From Amphiura filiformis (Eukaryota), in assembly GCF_039555335.1 (NCBI RefSeq), contig NC_092647.1, positions 18,756,946 to 18,820,945 of the forward strand: a stretch of 64,000 nt of DNA. Reading direction: 5' to 3'. Position 1 is the first letter of the stretch; each line of letters opens with the position of its first letter. Below, piece by piece: positions 58,951 to 64,000 of the stretch. The notes under the pieces are model-generated. The model ran no database searches and was not told the DNA's origin. It was given only the letters and a program-made list of their open reading frames with translations. The position numbers and the translations under genes were made by a program.

Positions 58951-61900
58951 TTTGAAATTTGATAGTTTTATTTGGTACATTGAGTCAAGTACAAGACGTC
59001 AACGTGAACTTCACAGTCGTGCCAGTGTAGTGGTAATTGTAGTAAGTTTCGTGCTAATTGTAGTAAGTTTTGTTAATTTTGTTAATTCGCCATATAATAC
59101 ATATAATATATATTTAATGGCAAATAATTAAAATACAGTCTTCGAAGTAAACTTTATAAATGTAGTGATATGTTCCAGTCTTCGAAGTAAACTGTATAAA
59201 TGTAGTGATCAATATATACTTAAAAGTAAAAGTATATAATTTATGTAGCTGGGATGAAAATCTGATGATCAATTTCGCATTAAAGATATGAATTTTTTCC
59301 CCAAAACACAAAAAAGCACAAAGAATAGAGGTATTTTTGATTCAAAGTTAAATTGCAAAACACTGGTGATAAAGTATGTCGATCTCATGTGTTGCATAGT
59401 TGTGTCATTATGAATATCAATTAGCTAATTTGCATAATTTTGCCCGAAATCCCGTTAATCCATTCTGTAGCCTACACGCGATCACCGAACTGCTAACATG
59501 GTTTTTGCTGTTATTTGCACATTTATGAATATTAATTACCATAATTTGCATATCTGAAGGTGAATTGTATTTGTCAACTAAACGTAAAAGAAAACCTCTT
59601 TCCAACCTGGACAATGGGGTATATATCAAAATCTATGCACCAGTTGTTACAGTTAAGGAAACGGGAAAACATTCAATTGTTAGGTCCTAGGATGTAAAAG
59701 CAATTTTCTTTCATAATATTGTATAGACGAATCCAATTTCACGCATTCCTACTCCTCAATGGCAATCAATTGGATAAATATTATCAGGTGGTAATAAATT
59801 TGCATTGGACAATAGATTACTATATAATGGTTTAGTACTGCATATATCGGTTTAATCTTCAGTAAGCGGGTTTATGGCTGGAAAGGTCACGGTGAATATG
59901 CCGTGGACGACACTGCACTATGTCATGCCTAAAGTTGTTTTATTAGAAGCTTAATGATGGTTGGCCAAACATTAAATGGAGTGCAAAGGTCCCGTAATTA
60001 GACGAATATGTTTGGTGCTTTATTTGCGCGTTTTAGCGTACCGGAAAACAATGTCATTTATTTAAAACACGAGAGTTAACATGCTTAAGAAGACAAAAAA
60101 CACGTCAATACCTTAGGTTCTGGATGAATAAGAAGAAAAATGGCCTAAATACATCTCACGCTAGCTTTATTCTAACAATATGAAGAGCATACAAAGATTT
60201 TGTAGCACCTGTTACAAGAAAGACGATTTATGTCAATAGTAAATCTCAAAGGAATCGAGTTATTTCAGTCAATCTCAAAAATAATATTATCTAATTACTT
60301 CTGCAATTCATAAGCCCGATCTATTAGGTTAGAATCTATAATAAATTACTGAGTTTGGCGAATTGGTAAGAATAAAAACTTATACAGTTTACATTATTTT
60401 GGAAAACGGATTTTTGCATTACGTAGAGTAAGGTTGTCCGCACCCCAATAAAACGTCTTTGTTTTTGTTTACGTTAATGGTGTCAAATAATGTTAATTAG
60501 TTTAAAAAGCACTGAAAGCTCCCTGCGCGCTAAAACTTTTCACGCCAATACAATACACTAATGTTGACATAGCCAGAAATAGGCCTTCTGTCCTGTCATC
60601 AGTGTGAAGATAATATGCCTGTAGTCTCAACTATTACATGACACAGTAGAAACTCAATAAACATCTATTGTTTATTCAACTAATTTGTCAACATTAGCAT
60701 GTATTCTGTGTTCAGCAGTGTCTGTTTTTATGGAGAACCTATAGTCAACAGTAGAGTGTTTGTTTATTGAATTAATTTGTAAGTGAAGCTTTTGAGTTGA
60801 AGGAGAGATTAATCAGGGTTGCCAATTGGTAACCCAAATGGGTGACTTTTGAACAATTTCCCTGAGACTTCCCATAGGAACAGATCATGGTTAAGAAAAA
60901 AATTGGGTGACTTTTCAGCAATGCAGGTGCAAGTCTGGTAAGGATAAGTAGTGGATGTCTTGAAAGCCTACATTTATTCAACTAAGGGACTGGCTCGGAG
61001 AGGGTTTGTCTGATACAGGAGCAGCTGACAGGTAATTTGTGTCTGTGCAAAATATTTAGGCCCATGCGGAACGTAAGTGTCCTACAAAATTTATTTTGAT
61101 TGTTCTGAGACTGCACTTCAAATTGCGCTGCATCAGGTGAAATTGCACCACAACTTGGGGTGCACCCCAAGGTAACAAAATAAACTCAAATATTGAAATT
61201 GCTTCTGACCTTCTCAATTGTAATTCTAAATGACAACATCCTCTCACCTCACTAATCACATTAAATAGAACATTTAAAAACAAATTATATAAAATATCAG
61301 TACCGCGAAAGACGGTGACCGCGAAAGACGGGTGACTGCTAGTATAAATAATATTGCACTTTACAAATATTGAAATAGAAATTTAATATCTTTCACCTGT
61401 TCATTTTTTGTTAATTTTCAGCTCAGGGAATCTAATCTAAGAAAAATAAGATAATTATTGTTCAAACACCGGAACAATTAAGATCTGCCATTCGTGTTAG
61501 TTCGACACCAAGCATTCATAGAATTTTACTTTATTTTAGTTAAAGTTGAATGTCCCGGGGTAAGATGGTTATCTAAACTCGGCAGCGCTAAAAGGAGTGC
61601 GCAGAAGGTGGGCCCACGATTAGACCAATGCGCTTGATGCTTTGTTTGCGTTTTAACACATCCGTTTATAAGGGATCAACCCCTGGAGCCCAACCGCTCA
61701 AGTTTGACGACAAGTTAAATAATCTAGATCTAGTTCGTGTCGTCAAACTGCACGTTACTTTTAGTATGTTCAGGGTGAATTACCGTGAAGGGTGTGTACA
61801 AACTGTATATCGACGAACGAAGAATAAAGAATAATGGATGAATTTAAATCGAAGGACAAACGTGGAACTGACCTTTTTTAAATGATTATACAAATAATCA

Positions 61901-62039
61901 ATCCAAAATGTTCCCATGGCTCTGTAATTTTCCATTTCCCCATTCTCCATTCGTCGTTCTTCGCTTTTAAACGCACCGGAATAAGCTTTATAGGTTTGAG
62001 ACCCGCTCAAACACGACTTTGGGATACGTTCCCAAGTGG

Positions 62040-63110
62040 AGCCCTTAGACATACAGGCTGAGTCAAAAAGAAGTAAACTCATGTTTGAGGGTCTGCAACT
62101 CGAGATTTGTAAGAAAACTGCTAAAAATGAAAATACCACTGGAAAGAGCAAATTCTACACGTCTTAATAAAAAAAAAAGAATTGTTGCAATTGCTCACAG
62201 CAAACTCAAGTTATACTCATTTTAATAAAACCACCCATTTTTGTAGCTGCACACGGTTACACTTTCTAAGTAGGGGCCTACCTATTTATATTGATTGGTA
62301 AGACGCGATATTCAAACGCAAATAAAGTTCTGTGGCAGGTGTGGTTTCGATCAATAATTCCTACATGTTAAAGGGCTCTTTTCAATATGAATTTTACCTC
62401 ATTGCACTACATTATAATAAAACGGGCCAAATGACAACATGGTACCACACTTTACCGCACGGGAACGCACGTTTCTGTCGACGAAGTATCATGAAACTAA
62501 GAGTCCCGCTGAAGTTCAGCATCTTTTACGTCTCCGATTTCCTAAAGCTAACCGGGTTTCATGTAAGGGAGCAGTATATAAGAATGTGAACAAGCTCAAT
62601 GTGCATGGGACACTAAGGAACATACAGCCGGAAGCGTCAGGCAGACCACGGACTGCTAGATTAAAGTGAACATTGCTAGAGTTAGACATGCGTTACAGCA
62701 AGACCAACGATCAGCTCAATCCTTTACCCAACATTCCGCAATCGTTCGTAAAGACTTGAAATTGGTATCCCTACAAACTATAGTACCGTCATGGACTTTC
62801 TTGAATATTAATTCAAAGCAAAAGTTGTCTTTTCAACAATAAATCCTGTTAGCACTTTGCTGATTCATCGAAATTAAAAAGCTTTGAAATGGATGAAAAT
62901 CAATCAGCCGTGTGCAGCTACAAAAATGGGTGGTTGTATTCAAATGAGTATAACTTTGGTTTGCTTTGAGCATTTGCAACATTTCCTCTTTTTATTTAGA
63001 CGTGTAGAATTTGTTCTTTCCAGTGGTATTTTTATTTTTAGCAGGTTCCTTGCAGATCTCGAGTTACACCCCCTCAAACATGAGTTTACTTCTTTTTGAC
63101 TCAGCCTGTA
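62040..63110. mobile_element. Nonautonomous transposon remnant: ~210-bp inverted repeats (62040-62250 and 62900-63110) flanking an ORF that encodes a DUF4817-like transposase HTH
   Basis: catacaggctgagtcaaaaagaagtaaactcatgtttgagggtctgcaactcgagat...ccacccatttttgtagctgcacacgg against its reverse complement ccgtgtgcagctacaaaaatgggtgg...ctcgagttacaccccctcaaacatgagtttacttctttttgactcagcctgta. The internal ORF 62439..62669 reads HFTARERTFLSTKYHETKSPAEVQHLLRLRFPKANRVSCKGAVYKNVNKLNVHGTLRNIQPEASGRPRTARLK. Confidence 0.5.
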
Positions 63111-64000
63111 ACTTTCTATTCATCACTGTGAAGGATAAACAACAGTTTATTATAGAAGTGATGATGTAACAGGACTAACTACCATAGCAATAGGGTAAAA
63201 TATTTAAAAATATCGCCCTGCACTGCAAGCAGGTTGCACTCATCATCTGTATATGTCTGCAATCATTGATTGAATACAATACCGCTCTTTTCAAAGACAC
63301 TAATCTTACAGGTGCAAGTGTTCTGCATGATATGAATATTCTATATAATTACCATTCAGGTCTTTTTATCTGTTCTTTGACATCTATGGTTCAATGCAAA
63401 GGTACCGCGTGAACGCACTAGTGCAGTGCGATATATTCATCAATTGTTTTAACATATTGCTATGGTAGTTAATCCTGTCAATAACTTCTACGGCGAATAC
63501 CCAGACGGAAATATACTTTATTTTATTCGAGTCGCCGGCCAGGTAAAGCGTTAATATGATGTCAAATCCAATTTAATGGGCGAAGCCTTGTCCGAAGCAA
63601 TGATACCACTTGTATGAATAGTATGTCGGCAAATTATTTTGGCTTCAACGGAAAATGCATAACTTCATATATTGCTTCTCCATATTTAATATTCAACATC
63701 CTTGTATGCACCACCAAATTCGTTGGACAAGGGTTTAAAAATTATACGTTACCTCTCGCAGGTTCTAGATGAAAGAAGAATGACGAACGGAGATTGAAGT
63801 TGTCGAATCACATTTAGATTTTTGGTATAAGTTAACGACAAAGACATTTTCCTTTTACAACTATAAAATGTGTCAACAATTTGTTCCAAACTACCAAAAA
63901 ATTTAACGAAAATCGGAGAAACTTGTCAAAAACGATTTTGTACATAAATAAAACAAATTTTGTGACACTTACCATGCTTACCGGTCATATTTTGTAAAAA

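Noticed and set aside
1-64000. Search for a prokaryote-style novel defense or operon system
   Set aside because: The sequence is unambiguously eukaryotic. It shows GT-AG introns with polypyrimidine tracts, WD40 exons in phase, and SINE/MITE/satellite content. No operon-like gene arrays exist. The open frames outside the gene are repeat artefacts.

Overview
This window is eukaryotic, not prokaryotic. It is AT-rich, has spliceosomal GT-AG introns, and carries dense MITE, SINE and satellite content typical of an invertebrate deuterostome. I cannot name the species from the sequence.

The first ~36 kb hold one large plus-strand gene, read here as 23 exons. It enters the window mid-gene at an acceptor at 276 and appears to end at a stop codon at 35848-35850. 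The translated exons give a helical linker region (exons 1-5) followed by about 19-21 WD40 repeats (exons 6-23). That is the C-terminal half of a STAND/NACHT-WD40 protein of the TEP1 (telomerase protein component 1) / NWD family. Exon phases are consistent across all 22 junctions, with one exception: an internal +1 frameshift in exon 12.

The introns are full of nonautonomous transposons. These include several TTAA-flanked (piggyBac-like) palindromic MITE families, a 'CAGTTGAAATCCA...GTCTTCCATAG' hairpin family, a tRNA-related SINE in two opposite-orientation copies, and two hairpin elements with interstitial TTAGGG-like cores. Exon edges, each with its splice site, have been tandemly duplicated at several places.

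The last ~28 kb (35.9-64 kb) look intergenic. They hold nested MITEs, several minisatellites, a GC-rich CpG minisatellite, tandem GGGCGG boxes, and a ~3.5 kb satellite block. That block ends in ~37 copies of a 30-bp unit carrying a perfect CRE (TGACGTCA) and an octamer (ATGCAAAT) motif. It also contains a transposase HTH (DUF4817-like) fragment framed by 210-bp inverted repeats.

No CRISPR array, rRNA, or bona fide tRNA gene is supported. I see no evidence of a novel defense-type system. The interest here is structural: the frameshift, the duplicated exon edges, the telomere-like hairpins inside a putative telomerase-associated gene, and the CRE/octamer satellite.
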